From assembly GCA_013239625.1 (NCBI GenBank), contig MU054323.1, positions 9,579,186-9,643,185 of the forward strand: a DNA stretch of 64,000 nt, given 5' to 3'. A program made the position numbers and the translations under genes. The stretch is from Lama guanicoe. Its lineage: Eukaryota. The notes beneath the pieces are model-generated. The model saw only the letters and a program-made list of their open reading frames with translations. It did no database searches and had not been told where the DNA came from. This document shows, piece by piece, positions 10,358 through 22,340 of the stretch (position 1 is its first letter; each line of letters begins with the position of its first letter).

Positions 10358-13300
10358 GTAGGTGCGGGTCCCGGGTGCACCTGGCGGCGCGGGCGGACCC
10401 CTGCCTTCCTCTAGCGCCACTGCTTCTTTTGCTTTCTTTTCCCTTTCTTGGCTTGGCGAGAAAATTCCTACGGGCCACCACTGTAAGTTCTGGATTTTCG
10501 TCTTGTTCTACCCACCCCTCCTTTCTCTCCCCCCTTGACCCCAGCCAACACTTTTTTTTTTTTAAACTGGAGCGGCGAGTGGGCGGAAGAGCCGGCAAAC
10601 CCTATACTTCACACTACGTCTTATCCAACCAAGCTCCGGGAATTGCAGGCCCCCTTCCCAGGAACCTGTACCTCCTTTCCCAGGAATTCGCATCCATTCT
10701 CTCTCAGTGGTGTACCAAAAAAAAAAAAATCTTTGCACCCACGGGCCTATCCCGACGTCCAGGGACCTTATTCCTGCGAAAAAGCCCTCTCCTCTTCCTC
10801 CGTTCTCCATAGGGCTTAGTTAATTTCTAAAAGAGGTTGGAGACTCGGAAACATGGTTGGGCTCCTTCATGTAATCCGGAGGGAGGGCGAGGGTTGTCGC
10901 GCTGGGAATCAGGTGCGAAGGTCAGGAAGGAGGAGGTCAGCCTTGATTGGCTCGGGCTGCGTCTATGTGCCCGGCGCCCATCCATCTCCTGTTAGGGTCG
11001 GAGAAGGAGCCTGCACTGCCACCAGAAGGGGCGCCTCGGGGGTCTGGGAGTACCTCGGGCAAAGACGCCTGCAGAGAGAAGGGGGTGGTGGAGAGACCTC
11101 GCTTAGGCTCCTGGGTGGTTCTGGAAGCCGAAAAACAACTTGTTTCTAAAGCAGGCGGACTGGTTTGCACTGGAGGGATTGTGCGTTCGATCTATGCGTC
11201 TATAAATACCAGAATAAATACCAGAACGGTGCTGCTGGGTTGGTGCTGCTCATGAGTTGGTTGGTGGGCCTACCCTCTGCAGCAGCAGCACCCCTCTCCC
11301 CCAACCCCAGGCGCCTGTGGGAGCTGGCTTAACAAACGAGGAGGCTAGAACCTGAAGCCCGCCTGGATCAGGCTCTGCGCAGTCTCTAGCCAAGTTAGCC
11401 ACAGCAAGAGTTGCTCTGGTAAGGCCGTGGCCTTGGCCTCTAGAAACCTGCCAACCAGGAGGGGCTGGGGTGGGCTTATGGGGAGGGGGACCCTGATGGA
11501 AAATAAAATGGAAACATGGCTCTCTTTGATATCTGAAGAGGGGTATCTTGTTCTAAAGTGGCTCCCCATACCTGGTGAGTCCTCAGAATGGCTTTTCTGT
11601 CTTCCCTCTACCTGCCCTGGTGTCGCCATAAGCACCTACCGTAGAGAACCTAGGCTGTGCATTGAGTATGCAGTCAGGGCACCCTTCATAATGAGCACCA
11701 AGGTGATGAGTTTCAAATCTTGTCCCAAAGTGTTTGACTTCGTTTGCTTTCCAGCCCCACTGGTGGTTTGTATTGAATCCAAGTATCATTAGGCAACGGG
11801 TTGAAGTCATTTATGCGCATTCCCTCACTCTCCAATTCACCAGCCCCCTAAATGTCCCTCTCCTCCTCTCCGAATCAGGAAGGGATCTTTTGATTTCTCA
11901 TCTGCTCCTTTGGCTGCGGTTTCTGTGGCAGTCATCATTGAAACGTTAACAACCTCGCCGCCTGGCTTTGCTCAGACCCTGGGGCCTGGATGGGAAGTCA
12001 GACCGGACATCAGTGCCCCGATTGAATAATCTGTGTCACTAGGGCTTTGAGCCCAGGATGTGAGCAGAGGCAATTCCCTGTTTTGGAAGAAAATCAGACA
12101 GGAAACCAGCGCTAGGAAGAAGGAAGAGAACTCAGTCCAGCAGAGTGTAATGGGGCCTCATTACCGAAGCAAAAAGCAGCTGTTGGCTAATTCCTAGCAT
12201 GCTGTAACACATGAGGATTTTGCAATTAGTAATAACTGGTGCAACGGGGTTCTTGTATATACGCCTGCCTATTCGTCCCAGCAGCTTGAGTGAGGCGCCT
12301 TTCAAACCGGAGTGTCCCAGCAGCTTGAGTGGCTCTGGACAAGTTTTTCAGCCTGTCCACTCCTGAGGGAGGGGGTAGTGGGAGAAGGAAGGGGTGGTGG
12401 AGGAGGAGGGGAGGGTTTTTCCATCAGCTCTCTGACTTTGAGCAGAGCTGTCCTGTGGTCCTAAGGACTGATGTGAGAAGCTTTTGTTACTTCACAAGTC
12501 TGTGCTAGGACCCCACCCGGGGTTCAAGGTAACTTTATTACATGCCAGATAAAACCTGTAATCACTTTACTTCTCTTAGCTTCCTTTATGGGGAGACTTT
12601 CCTGGAAATTAGTGATGGGCTGTCCTCCTTTTTTGGCATCTCAGGGGACCAGTCAGTTTAAGAGGGTTCTCTGGTTTTACCTTGGGTGAGTGAATATTGT
12701 TTTTTCCTGCTCTCTTTGTTTGTGGGGTCTAATATTCCTAGGAGTTCGCTGCTGTTTACTCAACCTAGAACTTTCTTCTCCTCTCTCTCTCTTCATGAAG
12801 CTTGATCTTAACACACGGCCATAAGTTCCAGTGACTTGGGGGTCGGGGAGGGGGGGCAGGTAACTCTTTGTTAAAACCTCTGTTCTTGTATATGGCAGGA
12901 ACTTGAAGCATGAAAAATATTTCCTGTTCCAGTTGTAGTGTTAATCTCAAAGGTTGGCCATTGGTGATTCTGATTTGTCACAAATAGTTACACACACCTC
13001 CCCCTCCTGGCTGCTGCTTTTTGTTGTTGTTGTTTTCTGTCTCTCCTAACTTTCCTAGGAAAACACCTCCCAGATATGTGCCCTGCCTGGCTGCTCCGCT
13101 CTTACGGTTTCAGGCCCTGAGCATTACGCAATCCAGCCAGTTACACAAACATAGGTCATTTCATAACTTGTTTTCATCAGCTGGGCCCCCTTTTAATGAA
13201 AAAAAACAAAACAAAAACAAGACCCAGAACCTCTCCAAGGCTGCCATTTTGTCTGTTCCTCAGATAACTAGTGAAAATAAATCAAGGAGGATAGTTCCTT

Positions 13301-16242
13301 TTTGGGACCAAGGAATACCAGATTAGGTCTCTTCTTTGGCAGCCATCCTTTTCCAACACACACAGACACACACACACACACACACAAAATTCCCCAGAGT
13401 GAACTTTTGCCAACTATACCAGGCTGGGACATTCCTCACATCAAAGAACTTTTACCAGAAATGACTGTGATTCCCAAGTCAGCCCCAATCATACCTCTCT
13501 AGTGCCCCCTACAGGACATCCTTAGAAGGACTGTCTGGGGAATGTATTTTTCCAGCCCCAGAGAGTGTTAACTTGGTGAGTTTTCGGAATTCTTAGGATT
13601 TTTTTCCTTTTAATACAGAACAAATAAATGTCATATATTTAACAGTGGTTAACTAGGAGCTGCTTGACTTCACAATGCAGTTTCTTTTCTAATTTTGTTT
13701 TGTTCTAAATAAAATCTGGTTGAAAAAGGAGTGCTTTTTTTCTTTCCCTGTTTCAATATCTGTCTGTTCATTGCCAGCACAATGTCTTCAGATTCACAAG
13801 GCTTATTTTCTTGATGTTGTTTGTATTAGGACACTGGGAATTGTTCGGGGACGTGGTCTTCAGAGCTGGTGGGAAGGTGGGAGGTGTATATTAAGGGTCT
13901 CGGTTTTTTTTTTTCTCCCTTGATTTTACAGATGTAGATTAGGATCAAACAAAATGTTATCCCAGGAATTTGTCTGTTCCGCTGATTCTTGATGGTGGAA
14001 GTCAGTGTCACTTTTTCATCAAAGTGGATGGGGTGAAACAGCAGTCATGCATTGTCTGAGTGGCAGCTGAATTTTCCTATCCAAACACCTGAGTGCATTT
14101 CCATTATTTTATTTCCGCCTGCCTTATTATTCAAGGTGAGTGCAAAGTTAGGAGCCTCAATTTTTTTTCTTTTCTCTCTCAATACAAACACACCAGCTCT
14201 TCTACATCCAAATCACTGTTGTCCCCTTCGTAATTGTTCCTTGAGGAAACTAAATGCTTATTTGAATGCTGTGGCTATTAGTCAGACTCAGAAAGGTTTT
14301 ACAACGCCCCTCTTTGGAATTGCCTTCAGCAAATTTTTTTGAAAACCCTCCTTCCTAACACATCTTTGTCCTTTGAGGATGAATTTGATGTTTGGGAGTT
14401 ATCCAAAGATCTGACATATAAGGAACCCAGTCTGGTGTATGAGGTCTGGGTGATCTGACTGGGTGCAAAGCAGTGCAACCCCAAGTCCTGTTGGTTTCAA
14501 GACAAGGCGCACCAAAGCAGACACCTTGGCCAGCTATACCTTAGATTTTTTTCCCGTCTGTTAAACAGGAATAAAGACACTGACTTTGAGAATTCAGGAG
14601 GCTATATTTCAAGTCTATTTGTTGAAAGAAAGAAAAAAAAATCGCGTCATTACTTTGTGGAGTTGTCTCATCTGTGCTGTAGGTGGTATCTTTTGACGGT
14701 CACAACATTTCAAAATGATGGCAGCTGCCCTGATAGAGGCAAATATATCTGTTCCAAACCCCACTTGGTAACTTTACCCTTCTTCGAATCACTGGGCTGG
14801 AGAAGGAAGTTGTAAGAGCCCTCTTGTCCAGGACTATCTCTCACCCTGTCCCGTGGCAGTGACTGGGCCATGCTCACCTGCTGTGGTCGTGGAGAAGATG
14901 ACATGGTATGCCCTTCCCATGGAGTGCAAAGCTATCCAAGGATTGGTGGGGTACAAAAGGGGTCCACAGAAGAGTGGAGCAAATTCCCCTGTGCTTTGGA
15001 GTGGAGTTCCTGGCCGAAAGAAAGCTGGGAGAAAAGAGACTGGGGAACCTGGCAGATAACTCCTTATCAGTCACCTTCTTTTCCTTGGTTTTTTCTTTTC
15101 TTCCTTCTTGTTCTTCATCCTGGCCATTAGGCGAAGGAGGATAACGTGGTTCTTTCAAGTGAAACTGACAGGAGGCACACTACCTGAGATACTGGTTGGA
15201 TACTGTAAAATTGGGGGAAATCATGCGTTATTCGTGACCATTTCCACTGTGATGTAAGTAGCTTTCCTCAGATAGGAATGAAAGGTCAAAGTGATGTCCA
15301 GGGCAGAATCTGTGGGGATTGGTTGAATTCCCTATGGAAGGCTTTGGAGAACATCCCAAGTTTGGTAAAAAATATAGAGCATTTGAATCAAACTGGACTG
15401 CAACAGGAGGCTTCTGGGGCATTTGAGGCAGCATTTGCCCTTAAGCTCCCTCTCCTCTTGCCCTGAGCCAGTCTCCTGGGATGTTGGAATTTTTCTTTTT
15501 CCTGTGCTGAGAACTTAAAAAAGGGGGTTCTTAAGAGAAAGAACCCAGTCTCTTCCCAGACATGCATAATCATTCCTGCCTGCCTGCTGAGACAGGTCAC
15601 AGGTATTCATGGAGTTCATGGCTCGAGTGCTTGCTGCCCTGGTCAAGAATCAATCTGATGGAGAAATGCATGGCTGGGGGGACGGGCCCAGAACACCAAC
15701 CCTGACTTCCACCATTTCTGCCCAGCTCCGGAGTTTCTGGGATAAGCCCTGCCCTGTCCATACCTGTAGGAAATGGGAACCCATACCCTACTTCCTAGAC
15801 CTTTCTGTAAAAGGATGTGGTTGTGACCCTTATTTCTGAATCCAAGGCCCTATAGAATTCAGAAAGGTCATTCTCCCAAATTAGCGGCTGCTGGGCTGCA
15901 GGGACCTCTCTGACCTGATGAAATGGGGTGGCCCTCGGGGCCCTGTGTTCTGAGCTGTCTGTCTCATAGGTGGTGGGAGGATACACATACTTACTGAGCG
16001 GCCCCACAGCTCCCTTAAACTCAGGGTGCTTCAGGATAAGGATGTTCTGCTGCCCAAAGGCCCACAACAAGTCTTATAAAGCATCAAACTTCAGTTTCAG
16101 GGTCCAGAGATCCAAGCTGACTGGTGAGAGTCCATCCTTGAGTCCCTGGGTTAGAGGGACCATTCTGATTTTTGGCTTTCTCATTTCCTCTTTATTCTAT
16201 TCTCCCCAACCTGAGCATAAGAGATGAGAACGATCCTCCAGG

Positions 16243-16447
16243 ACAGGGGGGTCACCAAACTATGGCCCAAGTGTTTTTGTAAACAAGGCTTAAGAGAGTG
16301 CAGGCACGCCTGTTTGTTTACACATCGTCTGTGGCCACACTCACGCTACAATGGCTGAGCTGAGTAGTTGCAACAGAGACCTTATGGCCTGCAAAGTCTA
16401 AAATATTTACTATCTGGCCTTTTACAGTAAAAGTTTGCCAAAATCTG
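16243..16447. mobile_element. MER58A-like hAT-Charlie DNA transposon
   Basis: cagggg..caaactatggccc...gttgcaacagagaccttatggcctgcaaagtctaaaatatttactatctggcctttacagtaaaagtttgcc. Confidence 0.8.
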
Positions 16448-17621
16448 CTCTAGGAGGTCGGGGCCAATTTGTCCTTTTATAGGCATTCTTGCCCACCCAG
16501 AAGTCAACAGGATGACACAGTTAAACAAAGCATTTGTGGAGGCTCTGCCAGGCTGGATACCACACAGCCATCCAACATAGCATCTTCGATCCTGTCCCTG
16601 GAGGAGGAGCTTCCAAGGGGGCTGGAGAGCCCCGGGGGAGTCAAGTAGGTCCCCAATTACCTCCTCTAGCCCCCGACACCCAGTACACACCTGGTGCCAC
16701 AGCAGGGGTCAAATTGCCCAATGCCTGCAGCTGGGAAACCCTATGTTGGTTTCTGTTTAGTGTCAACCCGTTCGTAGAGAACCATTTGTCCTCAACACGA
16801 CATTTGACTGATTCTTGGGTCTGTTGACAGAGAAGAATGCCAGCCTCACTCCTGGGACCACAAACTCCTAGGCTCACCTTTTCTGTCCCACCCCAGTGTC
16901 ACTTTCTGAAAAATACCTTTGGAGTTGAGACAAGACCCATCTGTCAGATTTCAAACTTTTGTCTGTGTCTCCAAGAGGCTCCTCTTGGAGACAAAAGCCT
17001 TCTTTATCAGAGCCCCCATTCCCTGTGGGGACAGGACATTGTTTTCCTTGCAGTTTAGAGCCAGTGTGTTATCCAGATGGCTTTACCTCCCTCTGAAACA
17101 CGTTGTACACGCATTTAGAGGCAGTCATTACCTACTGCCTTGTTTTTATTGCTGTCTTGTTTTGTCTAGACCAAGCCATTGCTGCAAGGAATCTGGCTGA
17201 TGGCCGGGCAAGCAGCACATTCTGTAGACCTGCCATCACAGAGCAAGGGACCTGGAGGGCCCCAGGGAGGGGCTGAGAGTCAGCTACTTAGTCCTAAGAG
17301 ATCTTAGTCTCTAAGCTTTGCCTCAGGTTTTTTGCTGCTTACCTCCTCTAGCCTGAGACCAGAGCTCTCGCTCTCTCTCTCTCTTTTTTTTAGTGGAATG
17401 AGGAGTGAATTTCTTGGATGCTTTCCTTTTAGGAAAAGGACAATTCCCCAACAGAAGTAGAGGGTGACATTAAACCATTGCACTGGATGCCTTGGTGTCC
17501 TTCAAACCCAGAACCTGACCTGGGGAGAGAAACAGGATAAAAATGTTGGGTGCTTCCCAGGAATGGGAAGCTGGTGATTCTCCCTGGAGCCATCCCATGC
17601 AGAGTACACAGATACTTACCT

Positions 17622-17660
17622 GTGGTGGTGGTGGTGGTGGTGGTGGTGATGGTGGTGATG
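17622..17660. repeat. (GGT)n microsatellite
   Basis: gtggtggtggtggtggtggtggtggtgatggtggtgatg. Confidence 0.9.
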
Positions 17661-17684
17661 ACGATGCCACCTTCCACTCACTTA

Positions 17685-17863
17685 CAGCACTTCTCAACCC
17701 TGGCTGCATGTTCAAATCTCCCCAGGTGTTTTTAAAATTCACCTCGGAACCCCACCCCAAAGCAGTGATTTTGGAACTCTAATAGCAAGGCTGGCTTTGG
17801 TATCGGCAATTTTAAAATGCTCCTCAGAATATTCTGCTGTGCAGCCAGGGTTGAGAACAACTG
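17685..17863. mobile_element. MER5-like hAT-Charlie MITE
   Basis: Terminal inverted repeats cagcacttctcaaccctggctgca ... tgcagccagggttgagaacaactg around a ~180 bp element. Confidence 0.8.
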
Positions 17864-18914
17864 GTATGATTTTATAGCCTGTGATTATAAGCAGCTTTTT
17901 ATTTAATCCTCATGATTATGCAGTGAGTTTGGTGTTAGTATCCCCCTTTCCAGACAAGGAAACTGAGTCCTCAGGGATTCACTGAGGCTTGAGATCCAGG
18001 TCCCCTGACTCAGACTAGCTCCCGCCCTCCTTCCTGATCCAGCAGCTCAAGGGAAACACAGCTGCCTGGGCCTTTACGCTTCTGCACACACTCAGCTGCT
18101 CACGTGTTCTCAGTCCCCCGCCTCCTCACAGCCAGCCCTGGTTGTCCGTTTTCTTCCCCTTGAAGATCTTTTCCCACTTGAATCCGTCTGTGTTCACTGC
18201 ACCCGGCCCTCCTTCACATGCACACACTCATATACACCTGCTGCTCTTCAGTCAGCTCCTGATAAAAAGCCCAGTTAGTTGTCTGCCTTGGGAGGTGACT
18301 TGGAATCCATTATTGCACTGGGCATTGCTACTCATGGACTCCCAGAACCCCTTGCGCTGGTAGAATCCCAGAATCCATTGCACTGGTAACTTCCCAGAAT
18401 CCCAGAATCCATTGCACGGAGTAGTTCTCTTCCCCGAATACCCTTGGCCTGTTGCCCCAGGGCACTGGGAGGCAGGGCAGCCACATTCCACCACCCAGAC
18501 TGGGTCAGGCAGCTGGCAAGTGAGTGAGCAAGGAAGGGTCCCCAGCTCCCTCAGCCACAGTGAGGTACTCTAAGCTTCACTTTATTTGCACAAAAGAACC
18601 CAGATGTCATCACCAGGGGCAAAGACGTGGTGGTGGCAGCTGCCGTCGCTGCTGATGCTTCGAGTCCTGGTTCATCTGATTGGGCCAGAATAGGGGGGAT
18701 GCTGTCACAGCCATGCTGATGTCAATAGGACTTCATTTGGGGTCACACGGACCTGGGGGACCTCCTGGGTGAGAGACCCCTTGGCTGGGATGACACTGAC
18801 GCTCCTTCTGAGAGCAGTAGGGGTGGATGTCAGCACTTGGGGCTGGACTTAGAGGCGGGAAGCAGCAGCGCTACAGAAGCTTGCGTAACGCTGTGTTCGA
18901 GAGATCTGGCCTCT

Positions 18915-19130
18915 TTGTCAGGCTGAACTGGGTTTGAATCTTGCCCCCACTGCTAACTAGGACGTGGCCTTGGAAAAGTTACTTAATCTCTCTAAGCCTA
19001 AATTTCTGCCTCTAAAATGGAGGTAATGGTAGTTCTTACCTCAGAGGGAGAATTAATGGGCTAATCTAGGATAAACACTGCGTGGCACCGGTCATTTAGT
19101 GAGTGCTCAGGAGGTGCTGGCTATTATTGC
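18915..19130 (+). mobile_element. MIR SINE
   Basis: ctgggtttgaatcttgcccccactgctaactagga...acttaatctctctaagcct...gtgagtgctcaggaggtgctggctattatt. Confidence 0.75.
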
Positions 19131-20163
19131 TGTCATTGTTCCCCACCTCCGGGTCAGGGCAGAAGGGATTTGCAGAACCTTTCTGTGGACACAGGAACCG
19201 CCCGAGGCTGAGGGTCCTGTAAGGGGAGCGCTCCCCCTGAAGCTGGAGGTGGGGGAGGCTTCCTCGCCTCCCTCTTCCTCACTTTCCAGGAGCTGCCTGC
19301 AGGGAGGGCAGGCCCACTGCTGACGGCCGTGGCCCGTTTTAGCTTTTGTACTCTGTCATCAACTTATACGTTAAATAGCATGTTCCAGAGAGCTCTGCAA
19401 CGTGGTCTGGGCAGAAATTAAGCAACAGGGAGAAAACTCTGAGCTAGCAGCACCACAGTTTCCCACAGACATGCCTGGGAGCCGAGATCGGTGTATAAAT
19501 AGGTAGAGAGACACACAGTGAGTCTGTCCCAGGTGTGATGCGGGTGGAGGTCCAGAACGGACAGCGAGGGGACGTCTGGCAGCAGACGCCACCACTTTTG
19601 GGTCTCATGGATTAGAGGACATCTTTTCACGGACCTGGTCTCCCCCTGATAGGGTCTCAGCTCCATCTGGAACCTGTTTGAAAAAAAGTAACAAAAGCAG
19701 GCATAAGCTTCCTGGTCTTTTTTGTCACTCTGAAGCAGCTGGTGTGCAAGTCTCCTTAAGGGATCCTAAGCTGGTACCTTGGGGGATAATTGCCAGGTGA
19801 CCCAGAGGCTTGGGAGGTCCAGGTGAGAGTCCTACCCGCCTACAGAGGTGGGCATAGCTGGCTTGGAGGGCTGCAGAGAGGGCCTACTGAGTGTGAGCTG
19901 CTGGGACCCACATCTGGCCTAGAAGTCATTGGGGATGTGACCACATCCTTGCTGAGCCAGTTGAGTATGGAGTTCCTAGGACCTCAGTCAGGGGTGGATC
20001 TGACATGAGGGTCCCAGGAATAGTTAAGATCCCCTTGATTCTTGGCTGTGCAGGAAGCCCGCCCAGAATCCTGATCTTGGTCCCCCAGGTACTGACCCTA
20101 CTTTCTGCTTGTCTTGTTCTGTTGTATTTATTGGGCTCAAACCTATTTTTCTTCTCATTTCAG

Positions 20164-20415
20164 AAATTCCGGGTAGATATGCCTGGCTCAGGCAGCGCCT
20201 TCATCCCCACCATCAACGCCATCACGACCAGCCAGGACCTGCAGTGGATGGTGCAGCCCACAGTGATCACCTCCATGTCCAACCCGTACCCCCGCTCGCA
20301 CCCCTACAGCCCCATTCCGGGCCTGGCCTCTGTCCCCGGACACATGGCCCTCCCAAGACCCGGCGTGATCAAGACCATTGGCACCACCGTGGGCCGTAGG
20401 AGGAGAGATGAGCAG
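20164..20415 (+). CDS. FOSL2: FOSL2 coding exon 2, aa 35-118
   Basis: Acceptor ttttcttctcatttcag|AAA. Encodes [33 protein letters not shown]...GRRRRDEQ (Fos-family motif). 252 nt, donor CAG|GTACTG. Confidence 0.98.
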
Positions 20416-22214
20416 GTACTGTTCAGAGCAGGAGCCACGTCGGTGGCTTTCAGGGCCTTATAACGCAGAGTGTTTTTCTGAAGACTGGAGGGGAGCAGGG
20501 GTCGATGTTCTGGGAACACTGGGGAGAAGAGAGAGCTGGGGACCAGGAACACATGGCCTTCATCACTGGAGGCAGAGCTGGAGACCTGTGAGTCAGGCCT
20601 GGCTCTGTCATCTCCCCCATGTCCCTTAGAATCTCTGAGTCTCAGTTTCCTCAGCTGCAATATGGAGATGGTGTCCTGCCGGCCAGGACTTGCTGTCGCT
20701 CTAAGAGATCATGGTGGGAAAGCATGTAGTGAATGGTGAGGCGTCAGCTTGTGGGCAGGACTTTTAGGACCTGTCTACAGTGGTGTCCTCTGATCCTTGG
20801 CAGAGGGGCCACAGGACGAGCAGCCAAGGAACCTTGGCCGGGAACTTTTTTGGGTTAGCCCTTAACTGTCTCCCAGTATTTGGTGCAGACAAGACACCCA
20901 GTGATCCTAAAGAGGACTGCTCTAGGTCAGCACCGCCCAAAGTATTTCCATACAACCCCCACCCCCACCCCTGCAACACCGATGTCCCAGGCCTCCAACT
21001 CAAGACAGGAACCCATTTCAAGTGCCTAGAAATTCTAGAAGTGCAGGGACTCTGGGTCTTTGGAGTCTGGGTTGGTGGAGAGGGGAGGTCAGATATCATC
21101 AGCCTTTTTTTTCCTCAAGGAGTTCAGCTTTGAGTGGGAGTCAGCCTGGCTGGGAAGGATGCTGGGAAGGGGCGGGGCCTCTGCTCTCTGGGCAGCATCT
21201 ACTCAACACTCAAAAGGCCCGTCGTCTGTATTAACAGTGAGCCAGGGCAGCAATGGCCCCCTGATTCCCAAAAGAGAAATCAGAATCATGCATAATTCTA
21301 GAAAGGAGGGAATGAGCCCTTAAAGAGCCCCATCTGCCCCCCTTCACAGATGACATAGCCAAGGCCTGGGCACAGCTATCTGGGGCCACTTGGCAAGGGA
21401 GTGGGGAAGTGTGGCCTAGAACCAGTCCCCGGGACCCCCCATGCCATGCTCCATCTACCACATCATGTCACTGAGAGTCTGGGAAGGGACAAACTTTAGC
21501 AGTAGAATCTCTTTTTCAAATGAAATGTTAGCCTGGAGAATTATTTCAGTTACAGCCGTAGAACCCCTCCTCATCCCAGCTACTGACCACCTCCACTCTG
21601 GGATCCCCAGGCCCACAGTATTCCAATCCAAGGACCTGCCAAACATGGTACCCAGTGGATAATCGTGGATCCAGTCCCCAGGATAGTTAGAATTACAAGG
21701 ACTGCTTTCTGAGAAACTGGAAGCTTTCACAGGAGGAGCCCTGTTCCTCCGAGGACAAAGCTGGGCCTTGTGTTTGCTACATGTTGATTTCTTCTCTTAG
21801 GGGCGGGACCTGTGCAGGGGCAGCATGGGGAGGTGTGTGTAATAGATGTTACCAGACTCAGTTCCCAGTTGCTATTGGGCTTCTGCTGCCGGGGCAAGTG
21901 GCCAGTATCCCCCTCACTGTTGCTTTTGGTACTTGTGGTTGTAAATATTGCAGTAGCCGTGATCCTAATGTCCTTTGTAATTGTACTTCCTTTAGGGGGC
22001 CCAGGGAGCCAAGCTTGATAGTCACTGATGAGCTAGCTGGCTTCTCCCTGTATGCAAGGGACCCATGAGTGAGAGCCAGGCTTGTGAGAGACTCTTGGGT
22101 TAGCAGGTCAACAAAGCAAGATGTGCTCTTCATTCTTTTCTGGACCTAGCTCACACCAAATTTAGAAGTTTATATCTGGGAAAGACTTTGGAGACCAGCT
22201 CTTCTAATTTTCCC

Positions 22215-22340
22215 TCTGCACCCATTTTACAGATGAGGAAGCTAAGCCCACAAAGGAGAAGGGCCCTGTCCAGGGTCACGCAGTGAGTTAGTAGCAGAGC
22301 CAGGACTGGAATCCACCTCCTTTGACCTTCAGCCCTGTGG
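22215..22340 (-). mobile_element. MIR SINE
   Basis: cccattttacagatgaggaagctaagcc...agggtcacgcagtgagttagtagcagagccagga. Confidence 0.75.

Larger units (their letters stand above)
8600..10420. promoter_or_regulatory. CpG island over the FOSL2 promoter and exon 1
   Basis: Very high GC and CpG density with several GGGCGG/CCGCCC boxes. Confidence 0.92.

Noticed and set aside
6584..10812. Many overlapping 100-215 aa ORFs on both strands
   Set aside because: Low-complexity Arg/Pro/Gly/Ala translations expected from stop-poor CpG islands. No recognisable domain apart from FOSL2 exon 1.
12275..12331. Repeat-spacer-repeat reminiscent of CRISPR
   Set aside because: Only two 18-bp units in a mammalian intron, with no array and no cas genes.
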